Source: the human T2T-CHM13v2.0 reference genome, Homo sapiens
DNA: 64,000 bases
Strand: one strand, 5' to 3'
Assembly (NCBI RefSeq): GCF_009914755.1
Contig: NC_060936.1
Positions within the stretch are counted from its first letter, which is position 1, and each line of letters opens with the position of its first letter. Below are positions 10,917 to 23,865 of the stretch, one piece after another. Both the position numbers and the translations under genes were made by a program. The notes beneath the pieces were generated by a model, which did not search any database, was not told the DNA's origin, and saw only the letters and a program-made list of their open reading frames with translations.

Positions 10917-13900
10917 TAAGGACAAAACACTGCTGAAAGAAATTATAGATGACATAACCAAATGGAAAACCATTCCATGTTCATGGATTGAAAGAATCAA
11001 CATCTTAAAATCTCTATACTGCGTTTTTTCCCCAACAGGGTTGATTAGAGGCTTTTAGCACGCCTCAGTAACTTGGAAGTAGCATAAAAATAGTGCATAA
11101 AAATCAACTCTGGGGACTTTAATTCAAGAAGGAAAATGGGAATCCTCAGCATTCGTGAAGGACACCCAAGATCCCTGGGAGGAGAATGCTGGCCAACAGC
11201 TTCCATGACAGCATCTGGCTGACAAAAATGAGTGAAGCCCCAGTATGTGAGAGAGGCAGAGAACTTCCCACTGTAACTCATCTTTCCACTGAGGATTGGA
11301 GCAACCCCAACTGAGAAAGAGCACTTTGTTTCTCCCAAGCCTTGGAAATAACTTGGGAAGGGGCTTAGAGACATTGTGAGCGCAAGACACCAGGAAATAC
11401 TGCAGACATTTTCCCAGACCCAGGACTGAGAGCAGGATTCTGTTTTTAATTCGAGTGCATACTAAGTCAAGCTTTTCTTTGTGACTCAGCAGCATAGCCA
11501 TGCAGGCATTTTAGTCTCAGGCCGGAGATTGGAATGGCTGCTCTGGAACAGGCTAGGAATCTCCATAACCAAAGCTGTGAAAAGCACCTCAGTAGTCGGC
11601 ACTGGAATTGTACTCTACCCTGTCACAACCCTGTGGTAGAAGGAGAGCTGCTACAGCTGCAGTTTCTCCTGGGTGATGATACTTGCAGACAGGGCTGGCT
11701 TGGTGACCTGCTGTGTGTGTGCCATTGTTGGGTGCTCCAGCCTGCTCCCCTGAGTTCATGGTGCAGCAGGACCCTCTCTGCCTCATACCCAGGCAGAAAT
11801 TCAGGCATTCAGAGCACACCCTCACATGGACCCACAGCCTGAGCCACCCCACCCTTCATGAGTATAGATCATGATGCATCAGGACCCTCTCCACACCATG
11901 CCCAGGCAGATTTCCAGGTATTCAGAGCACCCCCTCACTCACCTGAATCAGCAGCCTGAGCCACCCTACCCTTCCTGTGCATAGACTTAGATACAGTGGG
12001 GCCCTCTCTATTCCTAATGTGGCCAGATCTCCAGGCATTTAGAGCACCAATTCACATGAAACAGCAGCCTGAGACACCCTAGTCTTCCTGCGCATAGATC
12101 TGGGTACAGGAGGCTCTCTCTGCTTCACACCCAGGCAGATCTCCAGGCATTCACCTGGTTCAGCAGCCTGAACCTTCCCACCCTTCCTGGGCATAGATTG
12201 TGGTGCAGCACGGCTCTCTCTACTCACGTCCAGGCAGGTCTCCAGACATAAAGGATACCTGCTCACCGAGATCAGCAGACTGACATGTTCTGTGCTTCCT
12301 GTGCACAGATCCTGGTGCAGGAGGCCCTCTGCTTCATGCCCAGGCAGATTTCTAGGCATTCTGAGAACCTATTCTCCTAGATTAGGAGTTTAGGCTGCCC
12401 TCATCCCCCTGCAGAGAACTTGGGGCTGAGGAGGTTTCCCAACTCCACACCTAGGCCCATTTCTGGGTGCTTGGAGGCCACCCACTGGATTCTTGCTTGG
12501 CACTGGTACCTGTGCCTGCCATTGGAGGACCTGTTGGCAGACCTGCCTGTTCCAGTACCATCTATCTTACCCCTCTAGAGCTGAGGAGGGAGCTCAGACC
12601 ACTGTGCACTCCACACATTCACCCATTGCCTAAGACAAAAGAGAGCTTCTCCCAGTAAACAGGGATCAAGTATACACCCAGCTACGGTGGCCTCAGCTGG
12701 CTGTTACCTATAAGCGCCATCTACTGGCTTGTAGGTTGAACTGCACAGCCCAATATAAACCCTGCCAACAGAAGAGCACAGGGCTGTAGAAGCAAAGCCA
12801 AAACACCCTACCCAGTATTCTCTACAGTCACACCCCTTAGGGAGATGGGAAAGGGAAAAGGACATTTTGAAAATAATATTACAGAGAAAAAAAGAAGAGA
12901 AAATCCTAGATGCATGAGAATAATTACAAAAATTTGAAGTGCCAGCATCTCCAGATGAGAAAGATTCTGGCACCATGAAAAATCTGAATGTAGTGACACC
13001 ACCAAAGGATCACACTGGCTCTCCAGCAATGGTCCCTAGCCAAAATGGAAACTCAAAAGTGACAGATAAAGAATTTAAAGCATTGATTGCAAAGAAGCTC
13101 AACAAAATCCAAAACAAAGTTGAAAATCAACACAAATAAACTTCTAAAGCAATCCAAAAAATGGAGGAATAGATAAACATCTTTAAAAGAAATCAATCAG
13201 AGCATTTGGAATTGAGAAATTTGAAATTGAAAGGAATTGAAATACTTTCAAGAGAAAATTTCAAAATACAATTGAAAGCTTCACCAATTGACTCGACCAA
13301 GCTGAAGAAAGAATTTCAGAGCCTGAAGACTGGTCTTTTGCACTAACCCAGTTAGACAAAAACAAAGAAAAGAGAATTTTAAAAAATGAACAAAGTCTTC
13401 AAGAAAGATAAGATTATGTAAAGTGACCAAACCCATGAATTATTGGCATTGATGAGAGAGAAAGAGAAAAAGTAAACAATGTGAAAACATATTTAAGGGA
13501 ATAACTCAAGAAAATTACCCTAATCTTGCTAGAGAGGTAGACATCTGGATAGAAGAAACCCAGAGAACACCTGCAAGATACTATACAAAATGAACATCAT
13601 CAAGGCATATAGTCACCAGCCTGTCCAAAGTCAACACTAAAGAAAAAATCTTAAAGGCAAATAGTCAGATCACATACAAAGGGAACCCCATCAAGCTAAC
13701 ATAGACATTTCAGTTGAAACCTTACAAGCCAGTAGAGATACAGGCCTATTTTCAACATTCTTAAAGAAAAGAAATTCCAACCAAGAATTTAATATCCTGC
13801 CATACTAAGCTTCATAAGCAAAAAAGAAATAAAACCTCTTCCAGACAAGCAAGCACTAATGGAATTTATTACCACTAGACCAACCTTACAAGACATCCTT

Positions 13901-16900
13901 AAGGAAGTTCTAAACATGGAAATGAAAGAACAATACCTGCTACCACAAAAGCACACTAAGGTACATAGCCTTTAGACCCTAAAAAGCAAGCACACAATAG
14001 AAACTACAAAGCAACCAGCTAATTATTTCACAATAAGATCCAAACCTCACATACCAATATTAGTATTGAATATATATTGTCTAAATACCCCCCACTTAAA
14101 ATCACAGAGAGGCAAATTGGAAAAAAAAAAAAAAAACAAGACCCATCTGTCTGCTATCTTCAAGAGAGACATCTTACACATAACACCACCCATAAGCTCA
14201 AGGTAAAGGGTTAGAGAAAGATCTACCATGCAAACAGAAAATGAAAAAGAGCAAGGGTCACTGTCTTTATATCAAATAAAAAAGACTTTAAACCAACAAC
14301 AGTAGAAAAGGAGAAAGAAGGGCATTACATAGTGATAAAGGGTTCAATTCATGAGAAGACTTAACTATCCTAGATATATACACACCCAACATTGAAGCAT
14401 CTGGATTCATAAAACAAGTATTTCTAGAGCTACAAAAAGACTTAGACAGCCACACAATGAAAATAGTGGAGGACTTCAATATCCCACTGACAGCATTAGA
14501 CAGATCATTGAGGCAGAAAACTAACAAAGAAATTCTGGACTTCAATTTGACACTTGACTAATTGGATCTAATATGCTTCTAAAGAATACTCCACCCATGA
14601 ACCACAGAATATACATTCTACCTGTCTACACATGGAACTTACTCCAAGATCAACCACATGCTTGACCAGAAGGCAAATATCAATAAAAACAAAAATTTGA
14701 AATCATACCAACCATACCCATGGACCAGAGTGGAACAAAAATAAAAATTATTATAATGATCTCTTAAAACCACACAATTACATGAAAATTAAATAACTTT
14801 CTGCTGAATTACTTTTGGGTAAATAACAAAAAGCAGAAATCAAAAAATTTTCCTGAAATAAAAACAGACACAACATACCAAAATCTCTGGGATGCAGCAA
14901 AAGCACTGTTAGTAGGAAAGTTTATAGCACTAATTGCCTACTTCAAAAAGTTAAAAAGATCTCAAATTAACAATGTAATATCACACCAAGAGGAACTACA
15001 AAACAAGAACAAGCTAACCTCAAAGGTAGCAGAAAACAAGAAATAACTAAAATCAGAACAGAATGAAATAAAAGTGAGACCCCAAAAGTCATAAAAATAA
15101 TCAATGAAACCAAAAATTGTTTTTGTAAAGGATAAAGGATAAAAAAATCAATACACTGCTAAACAGATTAACAAAAACAAAGAGAAGAACACAATGAGAA
15201 ATGACAAAGGTGACATACAACTGATCCCACAGAAATACAAAAGATCCTCAGAGACTGTTATGAACAGTTATGTGCATACAGGTGTATGCACATAAACTAG
15301 AAAATCTAGAGGAAACTGACAAATTCCTAGAAACACACAACCTCCCAAAATTGAATCAGGAAGAAACTGAAACCCTAAACAGAACAATATGAAGTTCCAA
15401 AACTGAATCAGTAAGAAAAAACTTACCCACCGAAAAAGCCCTGGACCAGGTGGATTCACACCTAAATTCTACCAGACATGCAAGGAAGAGCCAGTACCAA
15501 TTCTACTGAAACTATTCCAAAAACTCAAAAAGGAACACTGCTGCCTATCTCTTTCTATGAAACCAGTATCACCATGATACCAAAACCTGTCAAAGACACA
15601 ACAATAACATAAAAGTAAAAACTACAGGCCAATATCCTTGCCAAACATAGATGTAAAAATGCTCAACAAAATACTAGCAAACTGAATTCACCTGCACATC
15701 AAAAAGCATTTTACCATGATCACACAGGCTTCATTCCTGGGATGCAAAGTTGGCTCAATATATATAAATCAATAATTGTAATTCACCACACAAACAGAAT
15801 TAAAGACAAAAACCATATGGTCATCTCAATAGATGCAGAAAAAGCATTCAATAAAATCTAACATCTCTTCATGATTAAAAAAAAATCCATCAAAAAACTA
15901 GGCATCAAAGGAAGCTACCTTAAAATAATGAGTCATCTATAACAAACCCACAGCTAACATCATTCTGAACAGGGAAAAAATTGAAGCATTTTCCTTGAGA
16001 ACTGGAATCATACAATAATGGTCACTCTCACCACCCCTATTCAACATAGTACTGGATGACCTAGCCAGAGAAATCAGGCAAGAGAAAGATACAAAGGGCA
16101 CCCAAATAGGAAAAGAAGTCAAACTCTCTTCTTACTGACGATATGATCCTATACCTAGAATACCCTAAAGACTCTGCCAATAGGCTCATGGAACTGATAA
16201 ACGGCTGACAAAGTTTCAGAATATGAAATTAACATATAAAACTTACTAGCATTTCTATAAACCAATAACATTTGGCTCTTATCTGAGAGCCATATCAAGA
16301 ATGAAACCCCTTTTACAATGGTCACCAAAAAATAAAATACCTAGGAATACATCTAACCAAGGAGGTGAAAGATCTCTATTAGGAAAACTATAAAACACTG
16401 CCTAAAGAAATCATAGATGACACAAACAAATGGAAAAACATTCCACGCTCATGGATTGGAAGAATCAATATCATTAAAATGTCCATACTGCCCAAAGCAA
16501 TCTACATTTTCAACGTGATTTCTACCAAACTACCAACATTATTTTTCACAGAACTAGAAAAAAACTACTCTAAAATTCACATGGAACCAAAAATGAGGCT
16601 GAATAGCCAAAGCAATCCTAAGAAAAAAGAACAAAGTTGGATACATCTTATTACCCGACGTTGAACTATGCTATAAGGCTATAGTAACCAAAACAGCATG
16701 GTACTCTTACAAAAATAGACATATAAACCAAGGGAACAGAATACAGAACCCTGAAATAAAGCCACACATCTACAGTCATCTGATTCTTGACAAATCAACA
16801 AAAATAAGCAAGGGTGAAAGCTCCTCTTATTCAATAAATGGTGCTGGAAAAATTGGCTAGCCATGTGCAAAAGATTAAAACTGGAACCCTACTTTTCACC

Positions 16901-18070
16901 ATAAAACAAATTAACCCAAAATGGATTAAAGACTTAAACGTAAGACCTCTAATTGTCAAAATCCTAGAAGAAAAGCTGGGAAACTACTTTTTAGACATCA
17001 GCCTTGGCAAAGAGTTTATGGCAATATCCTCAAAAGAAATTGCAACAAAAACAAAAGTTGACAATTGAGACCTAATTAAAGAGCTTCTGCAGGGCAAAAG
17101 AAAACTATCAACAGAGCGAACAGACAACCTACAAAATGGGAGAAAATATTCACAAACTATGCCTCTGACAAAGGACTAATATCTAGAATCTATAAGGAAC
17201 TTAAATCAACAAGCAAAAAGCAAATAACCCCATTAAAAAGTGGGCAAAGGAGATGAAAAGACACTTCTCAAAGGAATGCATACAAGTAGCCAACAAACAT
17301 GAAAACAAAAATGCTCAACATCACTAATCATCAGAGAAATGCAAATCAAAACCACAATAAAATACTAACTCATACCAGTCAGAATGGCTATTGTTAGAAA
17401 GTCAAAAAATAGCAGAAGTTGATGAGGCTGAGGAATAAAGGGAATGCTTATACACTGTATGAATGTAAACTACTTCTGCCACTGTGGGAAACAGTTGGGA
17501 GAGTTCTCAAAGAACTAAAAATAGAGCTACCATTCAACCCAGCAATCCCATTACTGGGTATATACCAAAAGGAAAATAAATTGCTCGACCAAAAAGAAAC
17601 CTGCGCTCATATGTTTATCACAGCACTATTCACAACACTGAAAACATGGAATCAACCCAGGTGCCTATCAATGGTAAATTTGATAAATAAAATGTGATAC
17701 ATATATACCATGGGATACTATGCAGCCATAAAAAAAAGAATAAAATCATGTCCTTTGCAGAAACATGGATGCAGCTGGAAGTCATTATTCTAAGCAAATT
17801 AATGCAGAAACAGAAAACCAAATGTCACCTCTTCTCATAAAGCGGGAGTTAAATCTTGGGTACACATGAACAAAAACATGGGAACAGCAGACACTGGGGA
17901 GGGAAGGAGAGAGGTGGGTAAAGGCTGAAAAACTTCCTACTGGTTGCTATGTTTACTATATGGGTGATAGGATCAATCATATCCCAAACCTCAATTTCAC
18001 ACAATATATTCTTGTAGCAAATCTGCACATGTACCCCGACTCTAAAATAAAAATAGAAATTTTAAAAAAA
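10917..18070 (+). mobile_element. Near full-length old primate L1 (L1PB4-like 3' end): 5' UTR with tandem repeats, decayed ORF1 (about 12950-13930) and ORF2 (about 14030-17800)
   Basis: ORF1- and ORF2-like peptide fragments throughout; 3' end GGTGATAGGATCAATCATATCCCAAACCTCAA...CTAAAATAAAA plus A tail; many stops and frameshifts. Confidence 0.9.
11755..12380 (+). repeat. About 110-bp tandem repeat array (about 6 units) in the L1 5' UTR
   Basis: Recurring CCCAGGCAGAT(C/T)TCCAGGCATT...CAGCAGCCTGAG...CCCTTCCTG near 11788, 11901, 12021, 12130, 12230 and 12339. Confidence 0.85.
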
Positions 18071-20009
18071 CTGTACATAGCACCTATCATTATCAAGTCT
18101 CCTTGCTTATTTCTTTACTTGCCATTGTTTGTCTCCACTCCTAGAATGCAAAATTTATATCACTGCATCCTTCTTACTTAAAACAGTGTCTGATACATAG
18201 CAAGAGAACAATAAATAAACATTAAAGGAATAGCAACTGAAGAAAGACAGTGATAAGAATAGTAGTTGTCCATGATACAAATGTTGGTTTTAGGATTCTC
18301 TTTAAAAACATACATAGCTGATTTCCAGTCTTACCAACTTCATGATAACAATGCAGCTGGTGTAACTTAATATATGCAAATAAATATAAATACTTCTGGA
18401 AAAAGTCAAGAAGTAAAGAAAACGTTCACAGGAGAGGATGAGAATATAGAGGTTTTGCTTATCACAGAGAGTAGTAAGAAAAGAAATGGAAATTGAGTCC
18501 AATGAGAGTAATAAAAGGGTAATGATAGTAGAGAATTGGTTTCTAGTGGTGGCTGAGGTATAATAGGATTAGTCCAGAAAGTCTCCTTGTGGAACATGGG
18601 CACTTGGTTCTATGCTTTGGTCTGCCACACATCAGGCATCTTCTTAGATAGCCCCCCAAGGAATGGCTGAAACTAGGGCATCTGTGATCATCAACTAAAA
18701 GATACCTAAATCTTTCTATGAGGTGTATGAGACTGCTATATTGACTATATGGTGATCTGTTTTCTTCTATATCAAAATGAAATGCTCTAACCTGAGAAAA
18801 ACAGGTTACATGAAGAACTAAAACATATAGTTTTTAGTTTTCTGGGCTAAATATATGTTGCAAAAATACAAAACCATTTAAGAGCAAATTACAAATTTAA
18901 TTATCACAAAACAACCAACCCCTAAAATATCACCTTTTCAATATATTTTAAGTAGCCAGCGGTCCACCATTGCCATGAAAAATGGTACATCAAAGGTATT
19001 TAACATGCTGTAATTTATTCTCCACTTCCAGGTGACAATGACAAATTGCTCAAGTTCCCTCCTTGTTCTTTGCATCATCACTACATGTTTGAAAAATCGA
19101 TATATCACTTGCAACCAAGGATTACAAATGCAGCCCACATCCTTTCACTTTCTTTTTTCTTTCCCCATCTATCAGAGCATTTCCCTCTAATCATTGCTTA
19201 CCTGTTCTTTCCTCTCCATCTTTACTTGTTCTCTCCCTGAGACCATATTCCATCTTCTTCATGACCACCCCAATCTTTTACCTCACACTCAACAAAGCAA
19301 TTCTTTACCCACCTTTATAATAGGTCAAGCTGCTAGCCATGAGGAGGCCACAGGGCCTGACTGGCATACATTGGGGCGAATGGAAAACCATCCTGGGAAT
19401 CTAGGGTTTGGTAAGGAGCAAGATATCAGGAAAGAGGCATATGAGAAAGAAGACCATGGACAGGGCCTGAGCAGCACTAGACCGCAGGGTCAATCAGAGA
19501 GGTCAGGTGTATTATGATCCGAAGGCACATAAACACACCAGAAATAAAGAACAAGGTTGGTGATGTCTTTCATCTTTCTATGATTGTTTCTCCCTTCTAT
19601 TATAAAATATGCACTGGCCATTCAAAGGATATAATAAAATAATAGACACCACTTTCCCTTTTCTCTCACAAATTCCCTTATAATCCCTGATAATTTTACA
19701 TGCTTTCAGAATGTTAGCGCCTGATAAGTAAAACAAAATTTCAGTTTGGCCACAGACTCAAAGCAAGAAATAGGACTCCTTGAAGTTGATTTGAAATAAA
19801 TATAGCTATATTTTTGCTGCTATAGCAACTATAAAATAGAACTATTTATTGACATATGCAGAAAACAACATAACATTTTATTAATACACAATTGAGATGT
19901 TCTTTACCTTTTTATGTTTACTTATTAATGGGTTATTAGTCATTATTAGAACATTTACATGATAGAGTAGTAATTAAAACAAAAAGAGAAATTGAATGCA
20001 TCCTTTAGC

Positions 20010-20200
20010 TATAATAAAGGCTAATGTTTATTATGTGCCAGGTTTTCTGTTAGGCACTTGACAATTATCAGTTCATTTAATCCTCACAAAGCAATGTAGT
20101 ATTGGAATTATCCTCATTTTACAGATGGGGAAATGGAGGGCGATTCAGAGAAATTGAGCATATTGTTAATAAGTGATACAGTCAGAATTAGTACCCAGAC
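20010..20200 (-). mobile_element. MIR SINE
   Basis: CATTTAATCCTCACAA...TATCCTCATTTTACAGATGGGGAAA core. Confidence 0.7.
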
Positions 20201-20624
20201 TGCCAAACAACTCACATTTGCCAAAAAGCAAAGATGCTTTTTACACTATTCCAGCATATCTCCCTACAATGACACCAAAGGAAACTTCAGAATTCAACAA
20301 ACATAGCCTGAGGGCCTGCGGCATGCAATGCACACAGCAGAGTGTGCTGGAGATCATAAACATTTGTCAGAAACAAATGTTATCATCTAAAAGAAGAGAT
20401 AAAACATGTATATAAACAGCTATAATAAAAGGCAGAAAGCCACAGTTATCAAAAAGAAATTCTTTGCATGTTAAGAGAAAGGGGGTTATTTCTGGTGGAG
20501 AGGATTAAATAAGACTTTAGGAAGGAAATGGACCTTAAAGTTTATAAAATTAATAGTTTTGCACCAACTACTTGCTCACTGACATTAGGAAGAAGTACCC
20601 ATCTCGCATTCCACAAAGAACGTA

Positions 20625-20958
20625 CAGTCATGTATCATTTAAGGATGAGGATACATTTTGAGAAATGTGGCATTAGGTGATTTCATCGTTGTATCAGCAT
20701 CACTGAGTACACTTACACAAACCTAAATGGTACAGCCTACTACACACCTAGGTTATGGTATGGCCTATTGCTCCTAGGCTACAAACCTGCACAGAATGTT
20801 ACTACACTGAATACTGTAGACGATTGTCTACAGTATTAACCATTTGCATGTCTAAACAGGGGAAAGGTGCAGTAAAAATACATCATTATAATCTTATGAG
20901 CCCACCATCATATACACAGCACTTCATTGACTGAAAGGTAATTAGGCAGTTCCTGACC
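20625..20958 (-). mobile_element. Tigger3a (MER7-type) TcMar DNA transposon
   Basis: TA|CAGTCATG terminus; internal CCTATTGCTCCTAGGCTACAAACCTG and CATTATAATCTTATG motifs. Confidence 0.85.
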
Positions 20959-21249
20959 ACGTCTCATTTAGAAATTAGTTTCTAAAAATCCAGAGTGGTT
21001 CTACACCAATCCTAATCTGGTTTCTGTTTCTAAGAAATGTGTTTAAGTTAAACATCTAAAAAAAATTTCTGTGAAATTTTGAGCTTTGAGCTTAAAAGTC
21101 TGAAAACTTACACTCTGGATTCTGGTTACATGTGAAAAATACTTTTTAAATTATTGTCCACAGCATTGTTGCCTTTTTTCTAAGCTTTCGTTTTTCTGTA
21201 CAGGATAAAACATTTTCTCATCTGAAAATATTTCCAAATAGACCCTTAT

Positions 21250-21580
21250 TGCCTTAATCTGTTTTGTGTTGCTATTAGTATAACAGAATACTTCAGACTG
21301 GGTAATTTATTCAAAAATTAGAGATTTATTTGGCTCACAGTTCTGGAGGATGGGACATCCAAAGTCAAGGGGTCCCAATCTTGTGAGGGCCTTCTTGCTG
21401 TGTTATCCCATGGTGGAAAGCATCACAATGGTGAGAGAGCAAGAGCAGAGGGAGCCAAACTTACTTTGTATCAGGAATCCATTCCTGCAATAATAGCATT
21501 AATCCATTCATGAGGGCAGAGCCCTTGTAACCTAATCACCTCTTAATGGTCCCACCTCTTAATACTTAATGGGTAGGACA
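21250..21580 (-). mobile_element. MaLR LTR (MSTC/MSTD-like)
   Basis: AGACTGGGTAATTTAT...TTTATTTGGCTCACAGTTCTGGAGG and CCTAATCACCTCTTAA motifs. Confidence 0.75.
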
Positions 21581-21654
21581 TTCAAATATTAGTACATATT
21601 AATGTGGATCTTATTATCAGTATTAGGATTCTAATTTATTTATTTTGTAGACCT

Positions 21655-21860
21655 GAGGTCAGCCAACTTCAACAAAAATCCATCCTACCACTTGCTTTTA
21701 TGAGATCTTATTGAAACACAGCTATGTCCGTTCATTTTCATATTATCTATGGCTCATGATACAATAGCAGAACTAAGCAATGTGACAGAGGCCATATAGC
21801 ACTCAAAACCCAAAATAGTTACCATCTAACCTTTTACAGAGTTGCAGACCTTTGCCATAG
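21655..21860. mobile_element. MER58A-like hAT DNA transposon
   Basis: TATTGAAACACAGCTATGTCCGTTCATT...ACAATAGCAGAACTAAGCAATGTGACAGAG motif. Confidence 0.65.
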
Positions 21861-22104
21861 ACCATCCATTCACTCAGCAAGTATTTATTAAGAGCTTATA
21901 AGGGCAGGTGGCTGGTAGGTAGCTAGCATAGGTTGTTGGCTGAAAAACTGTAGCCTCATTAAACTAAGTTAAAAGTTAATTCATACTGAATTGTATTCTT
22001 CAATATAATTATCTTCACATACGAGAAAAAAACTTGAACAACTTTTCCTGTGGAAAAAAATGTACTAAGTGACTTGGAATGTAATATTACTAGGAGGTAC
22101 TCTA

Positions 22105-22630
22105 CTATTACTACTTACACTATTGAGTAACACTTATTGAGCATTTACTGTGTGCTCAACACTATTATAAACACTTAATATAAATAGTATATGTCATTAT
22201 TCCTCACTACACCTCTAGAATGTAAGTGCTGTTACTATCCTCACTTTACAAATGGTGAAATTAAGACTCAAACCAATTAATTTCTGAGGTCACACAGCTT
22301 ATATTTGTTAAAGCTGGGACTTTATAGAAGATGCTTTCATTCTTGGAGATATTAAAATAAGAGAGTGGATAACTTATTAAAAAGGTAAAATGGTGTACCT
22401 TTTTAAGGGGAGCAAAATATAAATAACTACCATTTACTGAGAGCCTACTATAGTTCTGTCATTATGCTATGTGCTTTAAAAACATTCTCTAATTTTTATA
22501 TCAACCCTTCAAGGTAGGTATAAGTTCCCTCTTTTACAAGCAATGAAAAAATAATAGGTTATATGACTGACAAAAGGTACATACCTTGTAAGTTGCAAAA
22601 CTAAGGTTAAAATTTAGATCTACCTGTCTT
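22105..22630 (-). mobile_element. Two adjacent MIR SINEs
   Basis: AACACTTATTGAGCATTTACTGTGTG...GGTCACACAGCT, and CATTTACTGAGAGCCTACTAT...AACCCTTCAAGGTAGGTA. Confidence 0.65.
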
Positions 22631-23500
22631 GTTCTAGAATACATGCTAAATTCTATTTTTTAAAAAATCCTAGGTGTATTTTTCTAATTCTTGAAACTGA
22701 ACTGCACTTACAAATGAAAGCAACAGATGTTCAGCAGCTGAACAATGAAATATCAGATAGGACAAATAATGAAAATATAACCTACACAACTAAAATAGCA
22801 GAGAAAAATATAGAAATATGAAGCATATTTCTATATGTAAATACAGAATTTGTTCCTAATGGTAGCCAGGATTCAAATCAGAATAAGCTACAATAGAAAT
22901 TTCTGAAGGCACTAAAATAATCTGAAATCTCATTAATTCATTCTCTAATAAAGCACTGATGCATTGACACTTAGCAGATATCTCTGTTGTAATCAGTTAT
23001 CCCCGTTTCCATGGGAGAAGGGGACTGGTCAACCCATTTCCATATTTTTGCTGAAGAAACATCTAAAGATGTGAACAATACCCTTCTCTTAGATATGATT
23101 GAATAATAAAGAAAAAAAAAGAGAGGACTCTGGGCTTTAGGACCAAAGAGAAATAAGTTGGTATATTCACCTCTGCTGCTTCATAACTGTGTCACCACAA
23201 CAAGCTAATTGACTTCTCTGTAACTGAGTTTTCTCATTTAAAAGGATGTTTATGAGAGATGCTGTAGAAAAGCATCAGGCATGCCCTCTTAAAACACATC
23301 TAAGGGAATTATTATTCTTTCAGTTGTAATCACTTTTCTCAAGGAAGATCTTTAAGAGAAAATATTTTCTCACTTATTCCCTTTCCTAGTGGGGAGTAAC
23401 AGGAGCAAGACTCACTGTGTGATGCCCCGCGTTGCCTTGGGACTCTACAGCACGTCCTTACCAGCAAGAAGGCTCTCACCAGCTCTGGCCCCTTGACCTT

Positions 23501-23865
23501 TGATATGTTTGGCTGTCTCTCCACCCAAATCTCATCTTGAATTGTAGTTCCTACAATTCCCATGTGTCATGGGAGGGACCCAGTGGGAGGTAATTGAATC
23601 ATGGGAGCGGGTCTTTCCCATGCTTTTCTCATGATAGTGAATAAGTCTCAAGAGAGCTGATGGCTTTATAAAGGGGAGTTCTCCTGTACATGCTCTCTTG
23701 CCTCATGTCTCATGTAAGACATGACTTTGCTCCTCATTCGCCCTCCACCTTGATTGTGAGGCCTCCCCAGCCATGTGGAACTATGAGTCAATTAAACCTC
23801 TCTCCTTTATAAATTACCCAGTCTCGGGTATGTCTTTATTAGCAGTGAGGGAACAAACTTATCCA
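23501..23865 (+). mobile_element. THE1B-like solo LTR nested in the MST 5' LTR
   Basis: Starts TGATATGTTTGGCTGTCTCTCCACCCAAATCTCATC; 5-bp TSD ACCTT/ATCTT. Confidence 0.9.

Noticed and set aside
11755-12380. CRISPR-like repeat array
   Set aside because: Eukaryotic L1 5' UTR tandem repeats with no unique spacers and no cas genes.
23762-23774. PRDM9 hotspot motif in the THE1B LTR
   Set aside because: The sequence is CCTCCCCAGCCAT, which mismatches CCNCCNTNNCCNC at positions 7 and 13.
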